Shown here piece by piece: positions 22,873 through 32,954 of a stretch of DNA of 64,000 nt. The stretch is from the NCBI GenBank assembly GCA_963706575.1, contig CAVPNL010000012.1, positions 160,001 to 224,000 on the forward strand, written 5' to 3'. The position numbers and the translations under genes are program-made. Positions within the stretch are counted from its first letter, which is position 1, and each line of letters begins with the position of its first letter. The notes beneath the pieces were generated by a model. The model saw nothing but the letters and a program-made list of their open reading frames with translations, did no database searches and had not been told where the DNA came from. The stretch is from an uncultured delta proteobacterium. Lineage in GTDB: Bacteria > Desulfobacterota > Desulfobacteria > Desulfobacterales > JAHEIW01.

Positions 22873-23076
22873 TCAGCCGGAAGGTTTGCAGGCCGGGCCG
22901 CTGAAGCCGCCGGAACCGGTGGCAATTCCCTGAGGCCGCACACAACCCGCCGACATCAGTTTTTCGACATCTCCGCACTGGCATTCAGGACATTTGGGGT
23001 CCGCATCATTGGAAGACAGCACAAGCTCTTCAAAACAGTGGCAGCAGGCTTTGCATTGATATTCGTAAATCGGCAT
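22873..23076 (-). CDS. FmdB-family zinc-ribbon protein
   Basis: MPIYEYQC..C...FE and CPEC motifs. Confidence 0.9.
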   Translation of the reverse strand: MPIYEYQCKACCHCFEELVLSSNDADPKCPECQCGDVEKLMSAGCVRPQGIATGSGGFSGPACKPSG

Positions 23077-23237
23077 AACCGAAACCTCCGAAAACAGAAT
23101 TTTTTATATAATAGGTGTTGTCAGCCAAAAGTCAAGAATCTATCTTAACCCGCCTTCGGTGGACCAAAGCGGCCACTCGATCAATTTTCTTTGTGTGTAT
23201 TTAAATCTTGGCGGCTTTGCGTCTTTGGGTGAGAAAT

Positions 23238-23747
23238 TTAGGATACCACAAAAAAGATTAAGCAAAGCTCCCAGAAAATTACGGTGGAGAAGGCGCCGAT
23301 GATATAGGAGAAAAGATACCGGGCGTGAGTTACCGATCTCTTTCGCAACGCATTGCGAAATAACAACAGAATGACAACGCCCATACAGGTTAGAAAATAC
23401 TTTGCCCCCATGAAGACAAAGGGGCCGTATTTGAGGAAATAGGACATGACCGGGTTCAGCTCTGTTGAGCCCCTCTCGATCAGATACAGGGTTAGCAGCG
23501 CGTCGAGAACGCTTAGTAGCAGGATAAGGACAATGGCCCCAAAAATATTCGAGCTGTACCGATCAAAGTAAAATGTCCCCTCCCAATCTTCCTCGCGGCG
23601 GGCATGGGCACGCCTGCCGGCAAACAACAGATATCTCAGCTTCGGGAAGCGATGGGTGCGCCGATCTTTCCCGGAGCGCTTTTCACCAAAACCTGAGCGA
23701 TCTGATGTTGAACCGCAATTGTCCCCGCTGCGAATAAACTTGGCCAT
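23238..23747 (-). CDS. DUF5658-like membrane protein with Arg-rich N-terminus
   Basis: LSVLDALLT..LI..G..ELNPVM motif; N-terminal EKRSGKDRR. Confidence 0.75.
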   Translation of the reverse strand: MAKFIRSGDNCGSTSDRSGFGEKRSGKDRRTHRFPKLRYLLFAGRRAHARREEDWEGTFYFDRYSSNIFGAIVLILLLSVLDALLTLYLIERGSTELNPVMSYFLKYGPFVFMGAKYFLTCMGVVILLLFRNALRKRSVTHARYLFSYIIGAFSTVIFWELCLIFFVVS

Positions 23748-23804
23748 TCATACCTTCTGGAAATGAAAAAGATTCTCATCTATCTTCAAGCAAATTTCAG
23801 TTAC

Positions 23805-23950
23805 TAGAAGCCATCTCAAAAATAGGATTTTGGTTCAAGATCACGGCGGGGCCGAGTTTAAAACCGCAGGCATACTGTTGTATGTCGAGGATTTGAAACG
23901 AGGCACCAACAAAGATATTGGGCCAAAAGACATTTTTGAGATGGCTTCTA
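23805..23950. mobile_element. MITE-like element
   Basis: 19-bp terminal inverted repeats TAGAAGCCATCTCAAAAAT / ATTTTTGAGATGGCTTCTA. A related copy lies at 42001-42119. Confidence 0.8.
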
Positions 23951-23955
23951 ATAGA

Positions 23956-23982
23956 TTATCGGCAGATTGCCCCATAACTTTA
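23956..23982 (-). promoter_or_regulatory. sigma28 (FliA) promoter
   Basis: Minus strand reads TAAA-N15-GCCGATAA (TAAAGTTA-N11-GCCGATAA), matching the consensus. Confidence 0.7.
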
Positions 23983-24154
23983 GCCCCACATATCAGTGTA
24001 AATGCTATTTAATCACCGGGTTGCGGTGCGCATTCAGTTTTCGGCAAAACCGCTACGGTACTTTGACAGGGGTATCGATTTAATATAATATGAGGGACAT
24101 TTGGATCAGCGCCAGGCGCTTTGAGGCGCCATCCTGATTAAAAAGGGGCAAAAA

Positions 24155-24724
24155 ATGCAGGAAATCCGCTTTCATGGTCGCGGCGGTCAAGGAACTGTTG
24201 TCGCTTCTATCCTGCTGGCAAAGGCATTTTTCAAAGCCGGCTACGATGTTCAAACCTTCCCGCTGTTCGGTGTAGAAAGACGGGGGGCACCGGTTGAAGC
24301 GTATTTAAGACTCGGCAAACAAAAAATCCTGACGCGCAACAATGTGTACACCCCCGATCATGTGGTCGTCCAGGACGTCAAGCTGCTGCAAGGTGTGGAT
24401 GTAACCAAAGGACTTAAGCCGGGTGGATGGATTCTGTTAAACAGCCCCGAACCGCCCCAAAGGCTGGCCGCATTTTCAGGCTATCGGCTCGCTTTTGTCG
24501 ATGCAACGCAGATAGCGGTCAAATACGAGCTGGGGACCCGCACGCATCCTATCATTAACACGGCCATGATTGGCGCTTTTGCCCGCATGATGGGCATTCC
24601 GCCCTTGGATGCCATTTCAGAGGCCATTCAAGCGGAAATCACGACCAAACCCGATAAAAATATACAGGCTTCCAAAGAAGCCTTTGAGCAGGTTAATTTG
24701 GACGCTAAAGTAGTGCGAATATGA
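24155..24724 (+). CDS. 2-oxoacid:ferredoxin oxidoreductase gamma subunit
   Basis: EIRFHGRGGQG and FGVERRGAPV motifs. Confidence 0.92.
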   Translation: MQEIRFHGRGGQGTVVASILLAKAFFKAGYDVQTFPLFGVERRGAPVEAYLRLGKQKILTRNNVYTPDHVVVQDVKLLQGVDVTKGLKPGGWILLNSPEPPQRLAAFSGYRLAFVDATQIAVKYELGTRTHPIINTAMIGAFARMMGIPPLDAISEAIQAEITTKPDKNIQASKEAFEQVNLDAKVVRI

Positions 24725-26487
24725 CAGATTATCGGACGCCGCATAATAAAATTCCATTATTTTTGCCGCATTCATCGGCGTCGACAGCCATCAATAAAAC
24801 CGGTTCATGGCGCTATGTCCGGCCCGTTTATGATGAAAAGACGTCACCCTGCAGCGCAGCCTGCCCCGCGGGCGAGGATATCGGCCGAGTTGAAATGCTC
24901 GTATCCCGGAATTTGATTCAGCAAGCCTGGGAAACAATATTAGAAGAGAATCCATTCCCCGCCGTATGCGGCCGCGTCTGTTTTCATAACTGCGAAGGTG
25001 CCTGTAACCGCGGCCAAATGGATGATCCGGTAGCGATTCATCGCCTGGAAAGATTTATAGGAGACGCGGCGATCAGCAGCAAGGAGATCCCGCAAATTGA
25101 AACGCTACCCGACAATGGCAAAAAGGTGGCCATCGCCGGATCGGGCCCGGCAGGCCTGGGGGCGGCTTACTTTTTAACGCGCCTGGGATTCGCTTGTGAG
25201 GTATTCGAGGCACAGTCTGAGCCCGGCGGTATTTTGCGCTGGGGCATTCCGGCCTACCGATTACCCCGCAATGTCCTCCAGAAAGAAATCAGCCGTATTG
25301 AAAAACTGGGAGTAACCATACATTGTCGCACCCCCCTCACCGCTGAAACGCTGCAAGCCTTCAAAACCCGGTATGATGCTGTCTTCATTGGTTGCGGCCA
25401 CGGGCGTGCCATAGATCTGCAGATTGAGGGCGCGCAAAAAGCAATCAACGGTCTGCAATTCCTTTATAACATAAGGGCCCGGCAGGAAATGTCGCTAAAT
25501 GCAAAGCGCACGGCGGCTGTGATCGGCGGAGGCAATACCGCCATCGACGTGGCCCGCACCCTGGTAAGGCTCGAAATTGATCCCATCATCGTATACCGCC
25601 GGCGGCGTCAGGATATGCCGGCCTTCAGCCCTGAATTGCAAATGGCCTTGGATGAGGGCGTAAAACTAAAAACGCTTTTAACCCCGATAACCATTAAAGA
25701 TGCCGGCAGAAATTCGGCAGACCACCAGGCCTCATATGTAGTAACGCTGCAGAAAATGAAGGTCAGCGCCACCGAAATCGAAGGCCGGGCCCGGGTCATC
25801 CCGGACGGTGACAAAACAGAAACGCTTCGGGTTGACCATATCTTTTGCGCCATCGGAGCTGAGCCGGAAGCGCCCTGGTACCCGGTACCCACCGGCGAAT
25901 CCCCGTATCTGGACCTCAGCCACTGCAAATTGATGAATGATGATATACCGATCGCCTATGGCGGGGATCTGACCAATCGGGTTAAAAGCGTCGCCGATGC
26001 CATCGCTTCCGGGAAACAGGCCGCCATGGCCCTGGACACTTACTTCAAATCCGGATGGGATGCCGTAAACAAAGCAGTTGCAGGCTGTCAGGTCGGGCCC
26101 GGGCCGACTGTCTCCATGACGATATATCTGGGCAAAGAGCGCAAAGAGAGAAGTCCGCATATTGTGTCCTATAAGGAAATCAACACCCATTATTTTAAAC
26201 GCACTTCGCGGGTCAATGCGCCCGTATTACCACTTGAGGATCGAATTCAGTCATTTTTGCCGGTAGAATCCACGCTTGCGAAGGAAGCGGCCCTGGAGGA
26301 AGCCCGACGGTGCTTTAATTGCGGCATCTGCAATGCATGCGACTACTGCCGTCTGTATTGCCCGGAGATGTCGGTGATGGTGGAAGACGAGCGCCGACAC
26401 ATCAACCTGGATTACTGTAAAGGATGCGGCCTCTGTGTTGCAGAATGCCCCCGCAATGCCATGGCCTTGAAGGAGGAAAACATATGA
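24721..26487 (+). CDS. GltD-like FAD/NAD(P) oxidoreductase fused with delta-subunit 4Fe-4S domain
   Basis: KTGSWR, CGRVCFHNCE, GSGPAG, GGGNTAID, EARRCFNCG and YCKGCGLCVAECP motifs. Confidence 0.9.
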   Translation: MTDYRTPHNKIPLFLPHSSASTAINKTGSWRYVRPVYDEKTSPCSAACPAGEDIGRVEMLVSRNLIQQAWETILEENPFPAVCGRVCFHNCEGACNRGQMDDPVAIHRLERFIGDAAISSKEIPQIETLPDNGKKVAIAGSGPAGLGAAYFLTRLGFACEVFEAQSEPGGILRWGIPAYRLPRNVLQKEISRIEKLGVTIHCRTPLTAETLQAFKTRYDAVFIGCGHGRAIDLQIEGAQKAINGLQFLYNIRARQEMSLNAKRTAAVIGGGNTAIDVARTLVRLEIDPIIVYRRRRQDMPAFSPELQMALDEGVKLKTLLTPITIKDAGRNSADHQASYVVTLQKMKVSATEIEGRARVIPDGDKTETLRVDHIFCAIGAEPEAPWYPVPTGESPYLDLSHCKLMNDDIPIAYGGDLTNRVKSVADAIASGKQAAMALDTYFKSGWDAVNKAVAGCQVGPGPTVSMTIYLGKERKERSPHIVSYKEINTHYFKRTSRVNAPVLPLEDRIQSFLPVESTLAKEAALEEARRCFNCGICNACDYCRLYCPEMSVMVEDERRHINLDYCKGCGLCVAECPRNAMALKEENI

Positions 26488-27662
26488 AACAGGTGGCTGA
26501 GGGCAGCCAGGCCGTTTCCGAAGCGGTGCGGCTGGCAAAAGTTCAGGTGATCGCAGCCTATCCCATTACACCGCAAACTCATATTGTGGAGAATCTATCA
26601 GAGCACTGCGCCAACGGGACCCTCAACGCCCGTTTTATATGTGTCGAAAGCGAACACTCGGCGATGGCGGCAATCATCGGTGCCGCCAGCAGCGGTGTGC
26701 GAACCTTTACGGCTACTTCTTCCCATGGTCTGGCCTATATGCACGAAGTTTTGCACTGGGCATCGGGTGCCCGCCTGCCCATCGTCATAGCGGATGTCAA
26801 CCGCGCTCTGGGGCCGGGGTGGAACATATGGCTGGATCAAACCGACAGCCTCAGCCAGCGCGATACCGGCTGGATTCAGCTGTATTGCGAAGACAGTCAG
26901 GATGTCCTCGATACCACCCTGATGGCTTACCGGCTGGCCGAATCGGTCAACCTGCCGGTCATGATCGTTTTAGACGCCTTTTTCCTTTCGCACACCTATG
27001 AACCGGTGGATATCCCCGATCAGAAACCGGTTGATAGGTTTCTTCCGCCATTTTTACCCCGCTTTCAACTCGATACCGCCAATCCAGCTGCCTTTAATCA
27101 ATTTGTGGCCCCGCAGGCCTATATGGAAATGCGCTATAATATTCAAACCGCCATGGAACAGGTCCCGGAATATTATTCCCGCATTGCTGAAGAATTTGAG
27201 ATCATCTTTGACCGTCAACACGACCTTGCAGAGGCGGTGCAGTGCGAAGATGCCGAAATTATTTTCGTGGCTGCCGGGACGACCGTCAGCACCTGTCGCC
27301 AGGCGGTGGATCGTTTGCGCCATGCAGGCGAAAAGGCCGGTTTGCTGAAACTGAAAATGTTTCGCCCCTTTCCTATCGATTATTCGCGGCAGGTTCTCAG
27401 CGGCAAACAAAAAGTGGCGGTGGTCGATCGCAACTGCTCCTTCGGCGCCTCCGGCATATTTGCCCAGGAGCTCAGGGCCGCCCTGTATAATGCCGAAGCA
27501 CCGCCAAGAATCTTCGGCTATATCGCCGGCCTCGGCGGCCGGGATGTAACCCCGGAAACCATTGAAGATATTTACTGGCAAACCAAAAGTAATAATAGCC
27601 CGCAAACTGAAAATATATGGATCGGGCTCGATCAGGAGACGTTGAAATCATGGCGCAACTAA
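26484..27662 (+). CDS. 2-oxoacid:ferredoxin oxidoreductase alpha subunit
   Basis: AYPITPQT, ESEHSA and GLGGRD motifs. RBS AAGGAGG before ATG 26484. Confidence 0.93.
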   Translation: MKQVAEGSQAVSEAVRLAKVQVIAAYPITPQTHIVENLSEHCANGTLNARFICVESEHSAMAAIIGAASSGVRTFTATSSHGLAYMHEVLHWASGARLPIVIADVNRALGPGWNIWLDQTDSLSQRDTGWIQLYCEDSQDVLDTTLMAYRLAESVNLPVMIVLDAFFLSHTYEPVDIPDQKPVDRFLPPFLPRFQLDTANPAAFNQFVAPQAYMEMRYNIQTAMEQVPEYYSRIAEEFEIIFDRQHDLAEAVQCEDAEIIFVAAGTTVSTCRQAVDRLRHAGEKAGLLKLKMFRPFPIDYSRQVLSGKQKVAVVDRNCSFGASGIFAQELRAALYNAEAPPRIFGYIAGLGGRDVTPETIEDIYWQTKSNNSPQTENIWIGLDQETLKSWRN

Positions 27663-28537
27663 AAGGGACCGATCGAGACTATTTGAAACCGGGACATCTG
27701 GGGTGCCCCGGCTGCGGTGCCGCTATTGCGATTAAGTTTGCACTGAAGGCGTTGGGTGAAAAAATCATCCTGGTCATACCGGCCAGCTGTGCTTCTATTA
27801 TTGTGGGTCCATACCCGCTGTCTGCGGTAAACGTACCGATACTGCACACGGCCTTTGCAACAGCCGGTGCTGCGGCCAGCGGTGTCCGGGCGGCTTTAGA
27901 CATGAAAGGCGACACCGAAACGACGGTCGTATCATGGGCCGGGGATGGGGGCACATTTGACATCGGTTTTCAGTCCCTTAGCGGCGCAGTTGAACGCAAC
28001 GAAGATTGTATTTTTGTATGTTACGACAACGAGGCCTATATGAATACCGGTGTGCAGCGCAGCTCCTCAACCCCATTCGGCGTGCGCACAACCACCACCC
28101 CCGGGCAGGACTGGAAAAAGACCCGCAAAAAAAACATTATGGAAACCATGGCAGCGCATCGGATACCTTACGCCGCCACCGCCAGCATCGCCTTCCCAGA
28201 AGATCTGATTGCCAAATTTGAAAAAGCAAAAGAAAAAACAGGCGGCTCTCGATTTATCCACATTTTTGCCTCCTGTGCCACCGGATGGGGCGCCCCCTCT
28301 GACATGTCTGTTAAAATCGCGCGGCTGGCCGTGCAGACAAATATTTTTCCGCTTTATGAAATCGAAGACGGAACGCGTTATAAATTGAATTATAAAGGCG
28401 ACTGTCGGGTCGAAGACTATTTAGAAACCCAGGGGCGCTTTAAACACCTCAGCGAGGAAGATATTTCACAGATTCAAGGCATGGTGGCAGAAGACTGGAA
28501 CAACCTGGTTCACAAAGCCGCTGAAGTGCCGTCATGA
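27650..28537 (+). CDS. 2-oxoacid:ferredoxin oxidoreductase beta (TPP-binding) subunit
   Basis: GCPGCG, AGDGG and DNEAYMNTG motifs. Confidence 0.93.
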   Translation: MAQLKGTDRDYLKPGHLGCPGCGAAIAIKFALKALGEKIILVIPASCASIIVGPYPLSAVNVPILHTAFATAGAAASGVRAALDMKGDTETTVVSWAGDGGTFDIGFQSLSGAVERNEDCIFVCYDNEAYMNTGVQRSSSTPFGVRTTTTPGQDWKKTRKKNIMETMAAHRIPYAATASIAFPEDLIAKFEKAKEKTGGSRFIHIFASCATGWGAPSDMSVKIARLAVQTNIFPLYEIEDGTRYKLNYKGDCRVEDYLETQGRFKHLSEEDISQIQGMVAEDWNNLVHKAAEVPS

Positions 28538-28574
28538 CCATTGCCGCTTCAATAGAAGTAATAGCCAAAATATC

Positions 28575-29177
28575 ATGATAAAAATTAAAGGTTCCAGAAA
28601 GCTGACCGCCGAGAAGTGGTTAAATTTGTTCGAAGTCAGATATATCGACAGAACCGGAAATGAAAAATCCTGGCAAACGGCTTCGCGCCAAAATGAACCC
28701 AAATGCCTGACCGGCAGTTACCAAAAGCCGGACGCCGTGGTGATTGTGCCGTTTCACACCACAAGGAACAAAATGGTCATCACCCGGGAGTATCGGGTGC
28801 CGTTGGATGGTTATGAATACGGATTCCCGGCCGGGTTGGTCGATAACGGTGAATCCGTTGAGCAGGCCGCACGGCGCGAATTGATGGAAGAAACCGGGTT
28901 AACTGTCAGCCGTTTCATAAGGGTCAGTCCACCGATCTATTCCTCTGCCGGTATGACCGATGAGTCCGTGGTAATGGTTTATGTGGAATGTGAAGGTGAG
29001 CCGTCAAACAGCGCCAACAGCGATTCGGAACTGATTGAAATCCTTTTCATCTCGCCCGATGAGGCTTTGGATCTATTAAGCGATACAACGCTTAAATTTG
29101 ACGCCAAAGCCTGGCTGGCGATATCCCAATTTGCTGAAAATGATGCGCACGACAAACTTAAATCCAATCGACGATAA
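28575..29177 (+). CDS. NUDIX hydrolase
   Basis: Nudix box GLVDNGESVEQAARRELMEETG. Confidence 0.92.
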   Translation: MIKIKGSRKLTAEKWLNLFEVRYIDRTGNEKSWQTASRQNEPKCLTGSYQKPDAVVIVPFHTTRNKMVITREYRVPLDGYEYGFPAGLVDNGESVEQAARRELMEETGLTVSRFIRVSPPIYSSAGMTDESVVMVYVECEGEPSNSANSDSELIEILFISPDEALDLLSDTTLKFDAKAWLAISQFAENDAHDKLKSNRR

Positions 29178-29793
29178 GCCCATTCGCACTTCCGCAATTG
29201 TCGTTATTTCAGTATATATTGCCGCCCAACTGCTGTCTGACATCGGGAGCCTTAAAATTGCGTGGGTTGGCGGATTCAGCGTCGACGCCGGCACATTTAT
29301 TTATCCGCTCACCTTTACCATCCGGGACCTAATCCATAAACAACTGGGGAAAGCAGCCGCCCGCACAATAATTATTCTGGCAGCAGGGATTAATCTTTTT
29401 ATGGTGGTTTTCTTCCAATTTGCCGCCTGGCTGCCCCAGGATCCCTCCTGGGGACTGGGTAAAGAATTTGCAGCCATCCTCGGTCCGGTTTGGCGGATCG
29501 TCATCGCCAGCATAATGGCGGAAGTCATCAGCGAGCTGATTGACACCGAGGTATACCACTTTTGGGTCAGCCGAATCACGCGAAAACATCAGTGGGCGCG
29601 CGTGCTCAGCAGCAATGCAGTCAGCATTCCGATCGACAGTCTGATTTTTTGCTGGGGGGCATTTGGTTTGGCGCTGCCGCATTTGACTGTCTGGTCCATA
29701 TTTTTCGCGAACGTTTTTATCAAGGGGTTGGTCACCGTTGTCAGCCTGCCAGCTATTTATCTGGTTAAAGAAAAAGAAAATGATACCGATTAA
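29140..29793 (+). CDS. queuosine precursor transporter (VUT/YhhQ family)
   Basis: YPLTF..RD, RIVIAS and SIPIDSLIF motifs; multiple transmembrane helices. Confidence 0.85.
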   Translation: MMRTTNLNPIDDKPIRTSAIVVISVYIAAQLLSDIGSLKIAWVGGFSVDAGTFIYPLTFTIRDLIHKQLGKAAARTIIILAAGINLFMVVFFQFAAWLPQDPSWGLGKEFAAILGPVWRIVIASIMAEVISELIDTEVYHFWVSRITRKHQWARVLSSNAVSIPIDSLIFCWGAFGLALPHLTVWSIFFANVFIKGLVTVVSLPAIYLVKEKENDTD

Positions 29794-29866
29794 TTCAGGC
29801 GCCACCGGAATCCGCTGAGCACATTGAATGAAGACAGGGGGCCAATTGGGTGTTATATTTAATATA

Positions 29867-29948
29867 GTTAAATGGTTGATTAGTTGATTGGTCAATTCGT
29901 CAGAGGATTCAATCCATTCTAAACTATTTGACCATTCGACCCATTAAC
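29867..29948. repeat. octamer-array palindrome
   Basis: GTTAAATG/GTTGATTA units mirrored by TTTGACCA/TTCGACCC units. A similar element lies at 55757-55841. Confidence 0.5.
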
Positions 29949-30030
29949 AAATCGGCTAAAAAAGCCCAGAACCTCTGAACCTTGAAGCATGAAACCATCG
30001 TTATTGCGTTTTTAAGCCAAGGAGATAACA

Positions 30031-30933
30031 ATGAAGTTCACCTGTCCGGTATGCAAAACACCCGGCGATATCCCTGACCCGGAAGACATCACCAGTCAGC
30101 CGGCAATCCCAGCAACATGCCTGAATTGCGGAGCAGATCTGTCCGTGGAGCATAGTACCGGCAAGGTGCAACGGCTATCAGGCGGACAGGACCCGCAGAA
30201 AGACCGGAAGGTATCAAGCGGCCAGCCAAAGCATGCCGTATCATCTGTATTAGCTATGAGTTCGCAGGAAAAAGGCCGCAAAGATTATCTGGCCACAGGG
30301 GTATTTGCTGTCGTGTTATGCGCCCTGATCGCAATCGGGGTGTACTTTTCATTAAGCATTAAGATGGACGCCTTAAACCAGCCACTGAAAATGATCTCCG
30401 AACTGGTCGATGATGTTACCGAGTATGGCAAAGCTATTTTTGGTAAATTTCAAAAAGATCAGCAGCCCCGTCAGGCTAAAAGACACGTTCGAAAAGGGTA
30501 CGAACACTACAAGGACAACCGGCTAAAAGAAGCGCTGCAAGAACTGGGCCTGGCAATTGAAACTCATCCGGAAAACTCTGAAGCTTATTTCTGGCGAGCC
30601 CGAACGTTCATTCGACTGGAACAATATGACGATGCCATAGCAGATTTGAAAACGGTGGTGAATTTGAAACCGAGCTACAGCCCGGCTTATGATAACCTCG
30701 GCTGGCTGTTCATGCGCCGCAATGATTATGATGAAAGCCTTTCCAACCTGAACAAATCCATTGAATTGAAACCGGATAACGGCTGGGCCCATTACATGCG
30801 AGCGCGCGTCTTTTTTAACAAGGGAGACTTTCAAAAAGCCGTTGAAAATGCCGAAACCGCTTGTAAATTGGGTTATAAAGACGGCTGCCGCGATGCCAAA
30901 CGTTATGGCGCTAAATTGACCGAAAACGGTTGA
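30031..30933 (+). CDS. zinc-ribbon, single TM, TPR protein
   Basis: CPVC...CLNC, one TM helix, then TPR repeats. Confidence 0.85.
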   Translation: MKFTCPVCKTPGDIPDPEDITSQPAIPATCLNCGADLSVEHSTGKVQRLSGGQDPQKDRKVSSGQPKHAVSSVLAMSSQEKGRKDYLATGVFAVVLCALIAIGVYFSLSIKMDALNQPLKMISELVDDVTEYGKAIFGKFQKDQQPRQAKRHVRKGYEHYKDNRLKEALQELGLAIETHPENSEAYFWRARTFIRLEQYDDAIADLKTVVNLKPSYSPAYDNLGWLFMRRNDYDESLSNLNKSIELKPDNGWAHYMRARVFFNKGDFQKAVENAETACKLGYKDGCRDAKRYGAKLTENG

Positions 30934-30938
30934 CGTTA

Positions 30939-31022
30939 ATCACGAAAACACGAAATTGGAAAGCACGAAATATTTTCATTATTTGCTTTTTTCGTGTTTT
31001 CGATCTTTCGTGCTTTCGTGAT
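30939..31022. repeat. CACGAAA/TTTCGTG palindromic REP-like element
   Basis: Repeated CACGAAA units mirrored by TTTCGTG. A second copy lies at 31881-31990. Confidence 0.7.
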
Positions 31023-31067
31023 ATTTTTTTAATCCCAACTCATCCGGCAAAAGGATGAATCAACCGT

Positions 31068-31871
31068 ATGTCGCAAAATGATTATTATCAGATATTAGAA
31101 ATCGATCAAAAGGCAGGCCCCAGGCAGATCAAGGACACCTACCGCAAACTGGCCTTTGAATATCACCCGGATCGAAACCGTAAAAATCCGGAGGCTGCCG
31201 AAAAAATGAAACAGGTCAATGAGGCCTATGCGGTTCTGTCGGATCCGGCCAAGCGGCGTGAATATGACGCCATGAGGCAACAGTTCGGCTCATCGGCGTA
31301 CAGCCAGTTCCGGCAGAATTACTCCGAGCAGGATATTTTTAGCGGCTCGGATGTCAATCAAATTTTGGAACAAATGGCCCGGGCGTTTGGATTGAGGGGG
31401 TTTGATGAAATTTTCAAGGAATTTTACGGACAGGGATACCGCCATTATGAATTCCGAAAACCCGGATTTTTTGCAAAAAGCTATTATTTTACAGGCCCCC
31501 GCCAACGCCGGGGATTGAATGCTTCCGCCCCCCCTTTGCAGGGAAGCATCGGCAAACTCACCCGCTTTTTTCTAAAGCAATTCAGCGGTATTGAGCTGCC
31601 TGAAGGCGGCGCAGACCTCAAGGACACCATCCGGTTGAGCCCGGAACTTGCCCGCCAGGGTGGACCCTATGCCTACTATTTGCGAAAAAAAGATAAAAAA
31701 CTGGTTGTCAAAATCCCACCGGGTATCAAGCATCAGCAGCAGATCCGACTTGCCGGAATGGGTGGAGACGGTAAGGGCGGCGGAAAGGCCGGAGATCTTT
31801 ATCTGAAAGTGCGTATTCGAAAGCCGCTGCTGCAACGCTTAAAAGAGTTTCTTTCCAAGACGCGGATTTGA
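31068..31871 (+). CDS. DnaJ/CbpA-like J-domain protein
   Basis: DYYQIL, YHPDRN and GDLYL motifs. Confidence 0.92.
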   Translation: MSQNDYYQILEIDQKAGPRQIKDTYRKLAFEYHPDRNRKNPEAAEKMKQVNEAYAVLSDPAKRREYDAMRQQFGSSAYSQFRQNYSEQDIFSGSDVNQILEQMARAFGLRGFDEIFKEFYGQGYRHYEFRKPGFFAKSYYFTGPRQRRGLNASAPPLQGSIGKLTRFFLKQFSGIELPEGGADLKDTIRLSPELARQGGPYAYYLRKKDKKLVVKIPPGIKHQQQIRLAGMGGDGKGGGKAGDLYLKVRIRKPLLQRLKEFLSKTRI

Positions 31872-31880
31872 TTTAAAATA

Positions 31881-31990
31881 CCACGAAGACACGAAATCCG
31901 ATACGCGCAGCGCCGGCGGTTGCGCCGCGTGAGCACGAAATTTTATGCTAAATTCTTTTTCGTGATTTTAAACTTTCGTGATTTCGTTGT
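31881..31990. repeat. CACGAAA/TTTCGTG element carrying a 28-bp GC-rich insert
   Basis: Same units as 30939-31022, with an insert at 31904-31931. Confidence 0.65.
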
Positions 31991-32027
31991 AAAAAATTTT
32001 TGCGGTATGCCCTAACTGGAGGAGTAG

Positions 32028-32626
32028 ATGAAAACACTGGTGTGCCATGGGGATAGTCTGACGGCGCCTGACGAGCTGGAGCACAGGTCTATCTGGCCAT
32101 CGTTGGTTGAAAGCAGATTGAAAATAAACGTGATCAACAGCGGTATCGGCGGAGATAGCAGCGGTGGCCTGCTGAGCCGATTTTACCCGCAGTGGTTCAA
32201 CATCGCCCCGACGTTGTCCTGATTATGGGCGGCACCAATGACCTGTGGTGGGATCTTGACATAAAAATGATTCTCGCCAATATGTTTACCATGACCTGTC
32301 AGGCTGAGCATCATGACATTGTCCCGCTGGTGGGTCTTCCGACCCCCATGGTTATTGAAAAAGCTTGCCAGCAGGAATTTGCTGCACCGGAAGGCGGCTA
32401 TGACCGCTGCGTGGAAAAATTGGCTGCCCTGGCAAAGGCCTTAGCCCGAGCGGCGAAACAAAATGATATTGCCTGCCTGGATTTCTATCACCCTTTTTGT
32501 GATAAATCTGGCAATGCCAATGGGAAATACTTTCTGGATGATGGTCTTCATCCCAATAAGGCCGGGCACCGGCTGATGGCAGAAATAACGGTTAAAATGC
32601 TTAGAAACCGGTTCAATTTCGCTTGA
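32028..32626 (+). CDS. GDSL/SGNH hydrolase (frameshift near 32189)
   Basis: GDSLT, NSGIGG, GGTND and DGLHPN blocks split over two frames. Confidence 0.85.
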
Positions 32627-32641
32627 CTCCCCGGGTTTCCG

Positions 32642-32943
32642 CTATAAGCTATCGCAAAATTAGCAGTTCATCTTGGAAGACAGAGAAAAAAGTTCCAAAG
32701 GTGCTTGTAAGTTAGAAGTGCCTAAAGTGACTAAAATGAGCTAAAATGCCTAAAGTTGAGGAATTCTGTCATTTTTATAATTAAAGATAGAGCGCCACGC
32801 GGCGCAAGCGCCTGCGCTGCGCGAGCGAGGCCGTAATTTTAGGCATTTTAGATCATTTTTAATTTTAGCTCATTTGGTGTTATAAGAACTTTTTATAGAT
32901 TTAAAACGCTACCATCGCGTGTTAAATACTTTTTGAGAAGAGA
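32642..32943. mobile_element. about 300-bp composite MITE-like repeat, copy 1
   Basis: Collinear with 59678-59956 in the flanks; inner CTAAAATG arrays. Confidence 0.8.
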
Positions 32944-32954
32944 GGATCGGTTGT

